Shown in pieces: positions 40,651 to 53,651 of a stretch of DNA of 64,000 bases. This DNA comes from Phoronis australis. Its lineage: Eukaryota > Animalia > Phoronida. The notes beneath the pieces were generated by a model. It saw only the letters and a program-made list of their open reading frames with translations, was not told where the DNA came from and searched no databases. The translations under genes and the position numbers were made by a program. Position 1 is the first letter of the stretch. Each line of letters starts with the position of its first letter. Location: the NCBI GenBank assembly GCA_002633005.1, contig NMRA01000559.1, positions 62,001 through 126,000 on the forward strand, in the 5' to 3' direction.

Positions 40651-43600
40651 GTAGGTATTTGTTTACCTTTACAGATTGTCAGTGATTACAAGATGCTCAG
40701 CATCGTTGCAAAAGTTTTCAGTAAATTTTCAGTTTTTGACAAATGGAGTACTGTACATATTAATTTAATAAGTTCACGGTAACCGTGGCAATGTCAATTT
40801 ATTATTGTCAACCAACTTGCATGTGCACTCCCTGGCACTGGTCAGAGGTCCCTCATTAACATAACCATGCAACCACTGAATAATGGGCCCATCAATGTGA
40901 ATGAAACTGGTTCTCTAAATCAGGGACCACTAAGGCACTAGTCCGACTATTGCCTCTAAAACATTCGACTGAAATCGAAGAGAGCTTAATCGATAGAATG
41001 ATCATAGTGATCTTGTGCAACATTTATAATTTTCGTAAACAAGGCTAGGTCTCCTTAGTCACATCCAAATCTTGGTCTGGCATTGCTAATTTTTTGAAAA
41101 CTCATCAATGGGTCGCAGTCTCCTTGGCGGCAGGTAAATATTCGTCTGACAGCATGGCAGTGCCCGTTGTTCACAGTACGGTAAAAATCGTGTAGACACT
41201 GTTGGAGGAGTTTCTCTTCGTCATTTCTCTCAACTTTTGCTGTTGTTCGCTATGGAAACGGAACATCCATATTTTGATCCAGTTGTACCCATCTGGAGCC
41301 TGGGGTAATTCTGTAACCACAAATTTATCCCTGGGAGATGTTTCGTATCAGTGCTTGTGCAAACTTCAGTCACAACAGCAAAGAAGTTTGGTCAAGGGAT
41401 GGTTAAAAATCGTGGCTTCAGCATAACAGGTCTCAAAAATCATATGTGACGTCGATCTCAATGAACTGTAAGCCTGTTATCACAGGTGTGTCCTGGAGCA
41501 TTCAGTAATATTTTCCATTTTGAGAGTCGCGTGAGGTGCTGAGCTGTGTTTGAAGTTCGCACGCGCACAGATATAAAATTGTTCCAAGGGATAATTTGAA
41601 ACTCTTAAAATACCCGAAGTGTTCCGGATGGGTTGTACCTGTCTATCACACTGAACAGCTTTTCCATTTCTCTGTGCCAATTTCATTCAAAACTACTTCC
41701 CTTGAATGGGGACAAGTTTCCAATTAATTGATATTGAAAAATTTCCAATTCCCACTACTACTGTCCAGACAGTAACTGCCTGGGCTGCATTCTACACACC
41801 CAAGATACTCAGTAGTCACAGTGAATGACTAATGTTTCGCAGGTAATGCTCAAAACTTTACTAGCGTACACTATCTAAATGGAGGCTGGTCGGGGTGATT
41901 GGTCGGCCAAGATATCTAGCCACGAAAGACTTGCAACTGTTTTGTATCTCCGTATTGCTCCCATTGGTTGGCCGGTTCCCCACTGTAGACGGTTGGTAGA
42001 CCTCTGCTGATAGTTGACTGATTGCTGTTATTCCATCTTCTGTTGTTAAACTGTTGATGGATATATCCTTAAAACATTAAAATGAAACATTTTTAATCTA
42101 ATCTGTTGATGATTAATTTTATTCTGAATATATGTATGATTTCAATTGTAACAGTGGTGTGATTTGTGGTCGCTTGCAAAAGTCCCATCATAATGAGCAT
42201 ACTGTAAGTTTAGTTACTTGACTTCTGCATGTTCCAATTTATGTCAAAATAATTTTGAAAGTCGTAATTAATCCTAGTTAGTGGCTAAAAAAATGTTGAA
42301 TTAGTTGCAGGCGTTGGTCTCTTTTGGTCTTCGATGTGAGAACCAAGCTATCACTGAGGTTCTCAAAATCCCTCAATTAACAAAAGAGACAATTGCCCTA
42401 TCACTATAAATGAGATGATTCTCTGTACTAAGGCTTCATTGGTTGATTGCTATGATGGTAGATTCATGCTGAATGGCTAAAATCTTAACCCTTTTCTGGT
42501 GTATATAACTAGTAAATTAGACAGACGGATATATGACTTCTCTTCTGACTTGCTAACAGCAGCCCCCGGGAGCTCATTCAGGGCCTGTCCAGAATAAAGA
42601 TGTTATGTAGTTAAGGTGTGATGTAAGATATGATGGTAAACTTCACTGCAGAGCTATGCCTCTACAGCAACATTCCACTCTGTAACAGACAGCTNTCTGG
42701 AATGTCGGGAGATGGTACCCTGCCGGTAGGTATTTGTTTACCTTTACAGATTGTCAGTGATTACAAGATGCACAGCATCGTTGCAAAAGTTTTCAGTAAA
42801 ATTTCAGTTTTTGACAAACGGAATACTGTACATATTAATGTAATAAGTTCACGGTAACCGTGGCAATTTATTATCGTCAACTTAGGACGATGTTATCGGA
42901 TATTACTCCCAGTTGTCAACCAACTTGCATGTGCACTCCCTGGCACTGGTCAGATATATATAGTGGACAGGTCCCTCATTAACATAAACATGCAACCACT
43001 GAATAATGGGCCCATGAATGTGAATGAAACTGGTTCTCTAAATCAGGGACCACTAAGGCACTATGTCCGACTATTGCCTCTAAAGAAAAACATTCGATTG
43101 AAATCGAAGAGAGCGAAATCGATCGGATGATCTTAGTGATCTTGTGAAAAAATTATAATTTTTGTAAACAAGGCAAAGTCTCCTTAGTCACATCCAAATC
43201 TTGGTCTGGCATTGCTAATTTTTTGAAAACTCATCAATGGGTTGCAGTCTCCTTGGCGGCGGGTAAATATTCGTCTGACAGCATGGCAGTGCCCGTTGTT
43301 CGCAGTAAAAATCGTGTAGACATTGTTAGAGGGGTTCCTCTTGGTCAGTTGACTCAACTTTTGCTGTTGTTTGCTATGGAAACGGAACATCCATATTTTG
43401 ATCCAGTTGTACCCATCTGGAACCTGGGGTAATTCTGTAACCACAAATTATCCCTGGGAGATGTTTCGTATCAGTGGTTGTGCAAACTTCAATCACAACA
43501 GGAAAGAAGTTTGGTCAAGGGATGGTTAAAAATTGTGGCTTCAGCGTAGCAGGTCTCAAAAATCATATATGACGTCGATCTCAATGTACTGTTAGCCTGT

Positions 43601-44812
43601 TATCACAGGTGCGTCCCGGAGCATGCAGTGATATTTTCCATTTTGAGAGTTGCGTGAGGTGCTAAGCTGTGTTTGAAGTTCGCACGTGCACAGATATAAA
43701 ACTGTTCCTCCAAGGGATAATTTGAGACTCTTAAAATACCCGAAGTGTTCCGGATGGGTTGTACCTGTCTATCACACTGAACAGCTTTTCCATTTCTCTG
43801 TGCCAATTTCATTCAAAACTACTTCCCTTGAATGGGGACAAGTTTCCAATTAATTGATATTGAAAAATTTCCAATTCTCACTACTACTACCCAGACAGTT
43901 ACTGCCTGGGCTGCATTCCACACACCCAAGATACTCAGTAGTCACAGTGAGTGACTAATGTTTCGCAGGTATGCTCAAAACTTTACTAGCGTACACTATC
44001 TAAATGGAGGCTGATTGGGGTGATTGGTCGGCCAAGATATCTAGCCACGAAAGACTTGCAACTGTCTTGTATCTCCGGATTGCTCCCATTGGTTGGCCGG
44101 TTCCCCACTGTAGACGTTTGGTAGACCTCTGCTGATAGTTGACTGATTGCTGTTATTCCATCTTCTGTTGTTAAACTGTTGATGGATATATCCTTAAAAC
44201 ATTAAAATGAAACATTTTTAATCTAATCTGTCGATGATTAATTTTATTCTGAATATGTATGATTTCAATTGTAACAGTGGTGTGATTTGTGGTCGCTTGC
44301 AAAAGTCCCGTCATAATGAGCATACTATAAGTTTAGTTACTTGACTTCCGCATGTTCCAATTTATGTCAAATAATTTTGAAAGTCGTAATTAATCCTAGT
44401 TAGGTGGCTAAAAAATGTTGAATTAGTTGCAGGCGTTCGTCTCTTTTGGTCATCGATGTGAGAACCAAGCTATCACTGAGGTTCTCAAAATCCCTCAATT
44501 GACAAAAGAGACTATTGCCCTATCACTGTAAATGAGATGATTCTCTGTACTAAGACTTCATTGGTTAATTGCTATAATTGTAGATTCATGCGAATGGCTA
44601 AAATCTTAACCCTTTTCTGGTGTATATAACTAGTAAATTAGACAGACAGATATATGACTTCTCTTCTGACTTGCTAACAGCAGCCCCCGGGAGCTCATTG
44701 GCCTGTCCAGAATAAAGATGTTACATAGTTAAGGTATGATGTAAGATATGATGGTAAACTTCACTGCAGAGCTATGCCTCTACAGCAACATTCCACTCTG
44801 TAACAGACAGCT
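40621..44812. repeat. Direct tandem duplication 40621-42694 / 42696-44812, probably allelic haplotypes assembled in tandem
   Basis: Both copies start TCTGGAATGTCGGGAGATGG and end TAACAGACAGCT. They are joined by a single N at 42695 and differ by scattered substitutions and small indels. Confidence 0.9.
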
Positions 44813-47074
44813 ATTTGACTTGGGGTCATAAACGGGCAGTTATGTGTTCATGGTCATGGATTCCCTGAGAAATTGGGATACTCATTTTGAACGCCCTATT
44901 TTGAAAGCCTGAATGAATCCTGGTCTGCAGGCTGCATGCCACTTTCTGGATTCTGGATGAAAACACTTGTATGTGCTCCGGGTGCGCGCACAATGATTTT
45001 CGGTGTCCGTATCTATAGGTCATTGCTGAAGGTAAAGAAGTGGACTTTATATGTTAGTTATTCAGTTGTTGATCGCGCAAAACGAGGCTCCCGCGTAAAT
45101 GGAAACCAACTGGGCAAGACAGTTTCATGCATTTTCCAGAAATGTGGATTCTTTCTTTTTCTGAGACTGCAGTTAGTATTTTCCAAGTTGGTTTTGTTTG
45201 AATTCGCTGATCACAATCTCATTTTTCCAAATGTGATTGCACATATGTGTGTATGTTTATTTTGAGCCGTGGTTGGAGCTATGATTTTTCGTTTTTACCA
45301 GTTATTCTGAAATCCTGCTAGTTATTTTGAAAACACACTTAATGCAGTTTTGACAAATACCAATTAGTAATGGTATTTGCTGATTATCCAAGATGTTGGT
45401 CATTAGATCAGTTTGCATAAAAAGTCATTTGTTTATTTACATTTTTCCGAGATGTCTGTCATGGTAATTACATTACCACTTTTGTGGAAAAGTGCTAAAT
45501 CAGAAATTTCTTCAATCATTATTTGTACTTATTTCGTGAAAGTTGTACGGTTAAGATAGTATAACTTTCGTAGGGACATCCCATTTCAGTTGCCTAACAA
45601 TGACCAATATCTATAATGTTTTGATTTAGATCTAATTAAATGCAATCCTCACAAACACATGGCCGTGAAATGGAGCAAGATGTCTCTCTTGTCGCCAAAA
45701 TGAAGCTCAGTCACAAGAGTTATTTTATCCTTTGAAGTTGAACATTTTTGTAGGGTTTAATATAACTTTAAAACATTCAAATCTCACCAATTCAGGACAC
45801 AGTATGGGTGACAAATGTAATTTATTTTCTCATTTTTTCCATGAAAGATTCACAGCCCCATCGTAATGTTTTACCATATTCAAGTTCTACGACCAGACAA
45901 TATTTTGAAACACTGTGGCCTTTCACAATGATTTTAGGAGACCTTGGAAAATGGAAAAGGCATTTGTTGGTATATTTTTTCTGAAATTGTTTAGATTTTA
46001 ATATACAGTACTGGTAATCACAACTAATACTATAGAATGTAACACTGTTTACAGAAGGTCATTCATTTATATATATATTGACCTGCAAGTTTTTTGCGTG
46101 AAAGGCTCTCGAGGTATGCACCATCAGAACATGCTGAAGTCGAGTGGAATCACTCAAAATGCATATTAAGAATCAAATTACATGTCCACAAGTTATCAGT
46201 GATGTCACTAGATGTTTATGATATCACAATCATCTCTGGTCTGTAGATGAAATGTTCTAAATTCCGTAGACCTCAGTGATTTATTGAAATGGTGGGATGT
46301 TCACGTAACTCTGACATAATAGATTGAAATTCCCACTTGATATGATCCTGTAGTTTAAATGTGGTATAGCAACCTGATAAATCATGCTAATTTATGCTAA
46401 TGAGGCCCACTGAACTACTTGTACAAGGCACTGCACTGTGGATGCCTCATGTGTGTGCATCGACCTGGTCATCAAATGGATTCACAAACAGGTGCTCTCT
46501 TGTATTGATGTTTGATATGAATTAATTAGATACGAATTGTTCACATATGTCAGAGATCAACTTGTGATCTCGGGCAGGTGGCTTCCGTGGGAAAATGAAT
46601 CATGGTACGATTGGGGGGATTCCCTCCTCGGGCAAGGGGGGAATCGCCCCCGGGTGGAGCAGATGGTGTCCTGTATGGGCAACTGTTAAGCACATGAACA
46701 TCACGTCTCGGTATCTTGAGCCAGCCATCGTCTCTCGTAAAGGTAGCTGGACCATCTCAACAACAGCGTTTTCACATGAGCATTATTGCTTTTTTATGAG
46801 CTTTGTGATAAAATCGCACTGATTACAAACAAAAATAATGGCCGAAATTGCACTTTCCTTGTTTTTCAAAGGTTTCTAACATTGTTGTGAATGCCCACAG
46901 TTTGGTAAACAACTGGTGGTCGCCGTAGTGTACAACTTGAACAGGGATGGACAAGCATTACTTTGGTACTACTTATTTTTTACGGAAAAATGAGAATATA
47001 ATTTCACTTGTCCGCCATACTGTGTCCTAAGTTGGCAAGATTTTACCGTAGTTTATGTGAAAAGCAGATATTGC

Positions 47075-47184
47075 GGCAATAGTCGGATATAACGTTCCTG
47101 TATTTTGAGAACCAGTTTTATAACCCTTATTCATTGGAGGAAACTGGTTCTCAGAATTCGGGTAGGCTATATCCGACCATTAAC
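47075..47184. mobile_element. ~110-bp palindromic MITE family member
   Basis: GGCAATAGTCGGATATAA...GAGAACCAGTTT [spacer] AAACTGGTTCTC...TATATCCGACCATT. Relatives at 53542-53651, 57896-57981, ~40870-40954, ~42995-43078 and a half copy at ~17487-17530. Confidence 0.7.
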
Positions 47185-48759
47185 GATATTGCTCATAAGA
47201 AAAAAAAGTACAGTTCTCGAGAGAAAAATGCTTAATGAGGAAGGACTTATGACTTGAGCGTAAAAAGAAATGTCTTCCTGAACATTGTAAGTAGTCAAAA
47301 CACCCAAGTGCTGTTCGTGAGACTGGCTAGCCTGAATTCTACATCAACCTGTTGCTGGTGTCTAGATTAACAAACAAGGTTTGTGTTTGTGGTCCAGAGC
47401 TTACATGCACCAAAGGTTGTGAGCTGATAACCTTGAGCCTTCCACTTGATAAAGGTTGACAGGTGCTCAAAATACTTCCTATCTGTTTGGCTGGCTCTAA
47501 GCCTGTAAAGCTGCTGATCACATAATGCAACAATCACTGACTAGCAACTCCTATTGCTTTTAGGCCTCTGGGTTGTACACTATGTAGGTTTCCAGGGGCG
47601 CTTCCATGGAGGACGACACCTTGAAACAATGCCCCCTTATCTGCTTGACTGATTGCTGTGTTTACTCTATGATTCAGTCCATGTCCATCATAGCACCATT
47701 TGATTATCTCTCTGTCTTTGAGAGGACAGTGCAGTGTTTACATTACAAAGCCTGTCTGTTGATTCTGGGGTGTCAGGAATGCAGAGGTTCATCCCACTGT
47801 GGTCAGTGGGTAGGTCCTTCATTGGAGTAGTACACTTCAAAAGGTGCTGAAGACATGCCGCAGACGTGGTGGAGAATTTGTTTTTTTAAATGATACTAAA
47901 GTAGATGCCTGAACAGTGGATAGACACTACCATAGAGGGGGTAACCAGGTAGCACCCTTGGACAGTGAATTTGCCCTGTATTCTGTCTGATGTGGTTTTG
48001 TGGAGAAACTGGTCATTATAGTAAATGCTGTCGAGAAAGAGGTTGCCATTGCACGTATCCTGCCTCAATGCTAGAATTTGTTTGGTTACCCGGCATGTTA
48101 CTGCTATCCCCAACCCATCCGCCTCATGTGAAAGAACATTGTCCTTGGACTTCAGTCAGTGCCCATATTTGTTCAAGGTCCCTGAGATACTTACATGTGG
48201 GCAAAATATACGGGGACAGATGTGTCACTTTCAAGGGTGTTTTTTCAAAACCAATCCTCAACAAAAAGCCCTCTTTTCAACAAAATTTCTTACCAAAGGG
48301 TTTATTTATCGGTTTGGATTTTGATTATCAGGTCCGAGCGTTTCACATTCTGTACTCACCTGTTGGGTTTAAAGGCTAGTTAAAAGGCTTGTATATTGAT
48401 TGTGTGTAACGAAAAAACCTCTAGAAAGGGTGTCTTTTTCATAAAAACGATAAAGTTTCCTCTCATTCAAACAAAAAATATTTGCCGAAATGGTACTTTT
48501 CTACTTTACAAAAGCTCACTGTGTCATTAAAGATGTTCAAAATTTCATCAGGCATTTCTTGATGACAGCTGTACAATATTAAGTATGCGAGTAATTTTCT
48601 TAATGTTTACTTTTGTTGAAAAATTTCACGGAATAAATTTATCCCTGGTCCACCATATTGTGTTGTATATAGACGAAACTTAACTTAGAGGGTACCTTTC
48701 AATCATAGCAACTCTTATAGGGTGTATTGTTATCATGCTAACTTTCTGAACGACTGGAT

Positions 48760-49181
48760 GTCCCAACCCCACACACTGCTAGATCCCTGAGTCATGTCTC
48801 TAGCTCCTTTATATCTATACACCGTATTAATAAAGCATGAAAATGGTTCCAGGTTCTCAGTGTAAAGAACCCAGGACAGGTCTGATACAATGTGTACCAG
48901 ACCGTCTGATACAGTGTGTACCAGACCTTCTGATACAGTGTGTACCAGACCTTCTGATACAGTGTGTACCAGACGTTCTGATACAGTGTGTACCAGACCC
49001 TCTGATACAGTGTGTACCAGACCCTCTGATACAGTGTTACCAGACCTTCTGATACAGTGTGTACCAGACCCTCTGATACAGTGTGTACCAGACCTTCTGA
49101 TACAGTGTGTACCAGACCGTCTGATACAGTGTGTACCAGAACGTCTGATACAGTGTGTACCAGACCATCTGCAATTATTTA
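48760..49181 (+). mobile_element. 5'-truncated copy of the tRNA-derived SINE with an internal minisatellite expansion
   Basis: CACACTGCTAGATCCCTGAG...ATTAATAAAGCATGAAAAT..TTCCAGGT matches SINE copies 1 and 2. After the array it resumes with CTGCAATTATTTT as in copy 2. Confidence 0.75.
48881..49167. repeat. Minisatellite, 12 x 24 bp (TCTGATACAGTGTGTACCAGACCN)
   Basis: Contiguous units starting at 48881, 48905 ... 49144. One unit is 23 bp. No spacers. Confidence 0.95.
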
Positions 49182-51560
49182 TAGATGACCATTATTTCAA
49201 TACCATGTAACAGCGCCAGTTATGAAGAACGGTGCGTAAAGCACCATAGTGTCTCAAAGCTTCATATGAATGCGATCAGTCATTTCTGATGATGTTCCAA
49301 AGTTAGCCAAATTTGGACTTTTGTCTCGGGTCCTTCGTAATCTTAACCTGCCGTCCTTTTTTCTTGTATAGACATTCCAGGTTGTCTCCAAAACAAATTT
49401 CCACATCGTTTGTGTTTGGCTTTTGTGAATTTGTCCAACCTCACTTCATTTACATTTTTTGAAGGGGATCATTCAAGGGTTGCTAGCGTATGTTGCTATG
49501 AATGTCCCTGCAGAGGCGGTGTGTGATTTTTGGTCGAGAGATTTTGGGAATTGGTTCATTGTCTTTTTTGTTAAATATTTCACCCTTATCATCAATAGAA
49601 CATCTCTACAGTTCTACGCCCTTGTTTCGATCCAGGGCATTCTTCTTTTGAAGCAAATCTGATTTTTGATAGGATAAATGGTCCCCAATTAAATGGATCA
49701 CTATCAGTCAATATTGATACAACTGTATTGGAGTTGCCTTGAGGGCACAAGACTAAACACCCATGAGTCATGGGCCAAGTATTGGAAATTGTTTTACTGC
49801 ACCTCTTGTTTGGCTGTAACTGTTCAGATGTGACACTAAGAGTTGACCATATAATGTCGAGAGTGTATACTCGTGGTGTTGAGGATGCAGATTCTGTGTT
49901 TCTTGATGAGGTTAGTAATTTCAAGTTGTCCCATCCTGAGACATGAGTACCAGCCCAGCAGTGTTTAGTCAATAGTGTTTTGTGTTCATAGAGCAGTTTT
50001 CAGCTTTCTTTACGCACCATTGGGCTTTAGGCGTTGCACTATATCACCTTGTATTCCCAGTCTCTCTTTACATGAATTAAATTGCGGAAAATTGCATGTA
50101 TTTATTATGCAATATGGTGGACAACAGAAACGCCATTTTGTCATTTTCTTTCCTTATATAAGATGCGCAGTGGCAAATTCATATGCTTTTCCATGTTCCA
50201 AGTCCGTATGTATATAGCACAATTATCATTTCACAACATTTGTTTTAAAACTGTGAGCTTTCACTACAATGTTAGAAGCCTTGGAAAATGAAAAGAGTCA
50301 ATTTTGGCAATTATTTACGGTCAGAATTTTTGTAGGTTTTACCGTATCTGTCCTCCGAATGCAAGCAAAGTGTGAGTTCCACTAAGAATGCCAGGAAGGT
50401 GGCATCTCAATTTAAAAAACTACCCACAAATGCTTAGCTGTATTGTTCTTTATATTCTCCACTCAGCAAAATGTGCTGTTTGTGGACTGCAGCATTGTTT
50501 ATTTTCTTACCTCACTGTCTTGAAGAGCCTATTTGCAGATGTGGCTGTAGACAGCTCTGAGTTACCCTCAGTGACATTTTGCTGGAATCTTACAAGCACT
50601 AACCAGTTAACTTGTACTTGAAGTGATCACCTGCATACCCTGTTAATTACCAGACTAGAATGGATGTTTGTATGGTAATGCAGATGTTCTGGCTGAGGGT
50701 TTAACTCGGTGATGAGCCAGACTTTGACAAACAGCCCTTTCCCATATAGTTAACTTCGCTACTACCAAAGCTTCGGTGTTAATTCTTGTTAACCACGAAG
50801 TTAGACATTAGTGTTCCCATCAGCTTCGGACAGCAAAGTTGTTGCAAGGCAATGCTAAAATGACTTTTGGTCATGTGGCCTTACTCTTTTTGTCACAGCT
50901 TGCCATCTAACGTGGCAAGGACCTCTCCCTCTCCCCAAATGGAAACTAGAACGTCGATCTCACAAGAGTTGCCAGGAGGACAATGTACATGTATTACAAA
51001 GTGGACTCTTGAGCTGGCTAACAGCTTATCCAAACAAAGGTGATATGGTGTGGCAGGCACTCGTTTTGCATACACTATATGTTCAGCTATATTTTTAATG
51101 TAAAGAATCTCACATGAAACAGAATGCTTACACTGCCAAAATAACAATTATTAGTAATGAAATGGTAACCAGTCACTGCCCACTGTTGGCAAATGCAAGC
51201 AGTGACCCAGTGTAGTGAACCGTCGAAGCTTCGATGTTAAATTCACCTCTTTACGTTGTACTTAAGTTGCTCTGTTAACGTCAATTCAAGACCGAAGTTT
51301 AGTGTTCCCAGTGTGAAAGGTCTGTCAAGTTCCCTTGGCGATGATCACCTTGTGAATGCCATGAAGCTGCCTTTACTAAAAATGATTTTAATTTGAGGCC
51401 ACTTCGGGTGTGAAACTAGTGTTCCTTTCTTAGATGACAAGAAGTGATATCTGGCTTTGGGAAGTACAGAAAGTTCGCTGTTACTTGAGAGTATGCTAGG
51501 TGTACCAACCCCACCTGTTGAGCTTAGTCTCAACTACTTTAGAAACAATTGTCAGTTCGT

Positions 51561-52133
51561 ACCAGGGCCCCAGAGTCTAATCTTCAACTCGTACTCGACT
51601 GAGACTTGAAATTTTTATACTTTCTGTTTCATGATTTTTGAAGCTTGCCATGCCTTTAGTTAATTTTGAGTCCTGTTTTGAGTACGTAGATTATACTCTT
51701 TGCACAAAAATCACTTATAACATGATTGATAGGGAACATGTTCAGACCAGGGCCCGAGGTCTAAACTCCAAACTTGAAATGGAACTTGGGAAAATTGTGT
51801 TTGACATTGTCGTTCTACATTATTGATCTCGAGATATGTGTGTATTATTCTGTGCTGGAGTACATCATGGTTTATGCTGATGAGCTTCTAATACAGGTTC
51901 GCACTTGACGACCCCGAGACTTTGAGCTACAAATTGGAGGAAAACTTGAGATCTTGAGTGCAAGCTCAGACTTGTAGCTTTAATGCATGGGTCATCAAGT
52001 ACAAACTAGGATTCAAATATCATTCAGTACCTAAGCACAGAATACTAGACACTTATCTCGAGTTTGTAATAAATTAATGGTAATTTGATATCATAAATAA
52101 TTTCGATTTCAAGTTCAAAGATTAGTCCCTGGG
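51561..52133. repeat. Interspersed repeat family with relatives at ~1440-1590 and ~16740-17010
   Basis: Shared motifs: CAGGGCCC..GTCTAA termini, GGTTCGCRCTTGA, AAACTAGGATT, TAGACACTTATCTYGA, TTCGATTTCAAG. Confidence 0.5.
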
Positions 52134-52546
52134 GTTAGATTTGTAACTGTAATTTGGCTAAATCGAGAAAAAAATTGACACAAGTTTGTCAGCTTTCAGC
52201 AATTGACCTATTGCAAGCTCCGCCCCCTTGCGAAATGTCGACAAACAATAAGTTTTACCCAACAACGTGCTGTTTATGGGGTAAAATGGCGACTTGGAAG
52301 CGCAGGTATGTCGAGAATGCTGCGTTGTGATTGGTCAATTAAGCCGTCACTCAAAATCCTGGTGATTGGTTAATTCTGGCTTTGAACGTGTTTTTACTGG
52401 AGTCTGGCTGAGGTACTGTACACATCAGCTAGCTTTAAGTTCCCTCAGAAATCAGAATATGTTAGCTTTACCCGAACCTGGAGACTTTGTATTGGAGAGA
52501 TCCTAACATACATAGTCCAAGGGAGTTTACTGTTTTATTAGAAAGT

Positions 52547-52745
52547 CTCCGGTTTTGGACAGGCTCTAGAATTTGAGACACGGAAACTCCCGCAAAAATT
52601 GCATTTTCTTGATTCTGGAATTTGGGACAAGGGCGACTTTGGCGTTCACCGTATTGCTTGAATTTCGAGCAATGTGGTTTCAATTCACGCAGTTGGTAAT
52701 TATGCCGTCTTTCCAATGATTCTTGAAGGAAGGTCAATATTGGCT
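52547..52745 (+). repeat. Interspersed repeat, inverted partner of 58435-58630
   Basis: GAAACTCCCGCAAAAATTG..TTTCTTGATTCTG.AATTTGGGACAA.GG..ACTTTGG.GTTCACC is present in reverse complement at ~58525-58610. Confidence 0.8.
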
Positions 52746-53541
52746 ATTTCTAGAATTTGGGACGAGCTCCGATCTTGAGCAAAATAATTAATTTTTCACA
52801 AACCCAAATTGGAGTGGTTTCACCGTATCACGTGCACATATCTCCTATCCTTAATTTTTCATCTTGTCTTGTGGATTACAAACTTACAAGGTGTATAAAG
52901 GCTTTCAACTGTTTTCCCCGTTCAACCGGTGACCATCATTCTGAAAAACTTAAGTTGTGATGCTGTTATGTCAAAGAATTTGCTGGTAGTGATAGTGTTT
53001 ACTGAGACACCCTCTCATGTTTCCATAATAGACATTCTAACCATGTGAAGGCTTGGTGTACACTGTTTGGATATGATGGTATGTGGCGGTGGTATTATGT
53101 TATTAAACCCACATGTACTATGCCATCTGTAAAAACTTGAAAGTTTTTTGCCTGGACTACATTTTATGGGTCTTTTTAGAGTTTGACTTGAGCTGGTTAT
53201 CATTGTCAGAGATTTATATACTCAAAGTATCTCAAAGTGGGTATTTGGTGACAATCTCTGCCAAAAGCCTAATGATCTTTGAATTCCAGATTGGTGGCTT
53301 TAAAATTAGCGATAAGGAAATCTCATGCTTAAATTAACAACTTGAACTTGTCAGTGCTGTTCCAGACTTCTTAGATTCGTATATAGCAGGGCATTGAAAT
53401 TATCTCCTCATTATTTCTACGAGTTTGTTACTTCTAGTTGCAATCCCAATGAACTGAGTCAAGTTCGACTTGGAAGCTCCAAGTCAATGTAAGGTTGTTT
53501 AAATTGCCCTGTTGCATGAATTAGTTTTGTAGGCTTGAAGC

Positions 53542-53651
53542 GGTAATGCTCTCATATAACATGCCCGAAGTTTGAGAACCAGTTTTCTCCACTGAATGAC
53601 GGGCATCAAACTGGTTCTCAAAATATGGGCACGTTATATCAGACTATTGCC
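53542..53651. mobile_element. ~110-bp palindromic MITE family member
   Basis: TTGAGAACCAGTTT...AAACTGGTTCTCAA core and a terminal GACTATTGCC. Confidence 0.7.

Noticed and set aside
42063-42070. U12-type donor ATATCCTT (also in the duplicate copy)
   Set aside because: No coding exon precedes it; likely a chance match in intronic sequence.
48881-49167. CRISPR-like appearance, and the repetitive ORFs (DTVCTRPS)n and (LIQCVPD)n
   Set aside because: Units are contiguous with no unique spacers, there are no cas genes and the context is a eukaryotic intron. The ORFs are by-products of a 24-bp repeat.
49592-49972. LINE endonuclease relic (STPRVYTLDIIWSTL)
   Set aside because: Only a faint resemblance to the PTR...LDL motif; needs a translated search to support.
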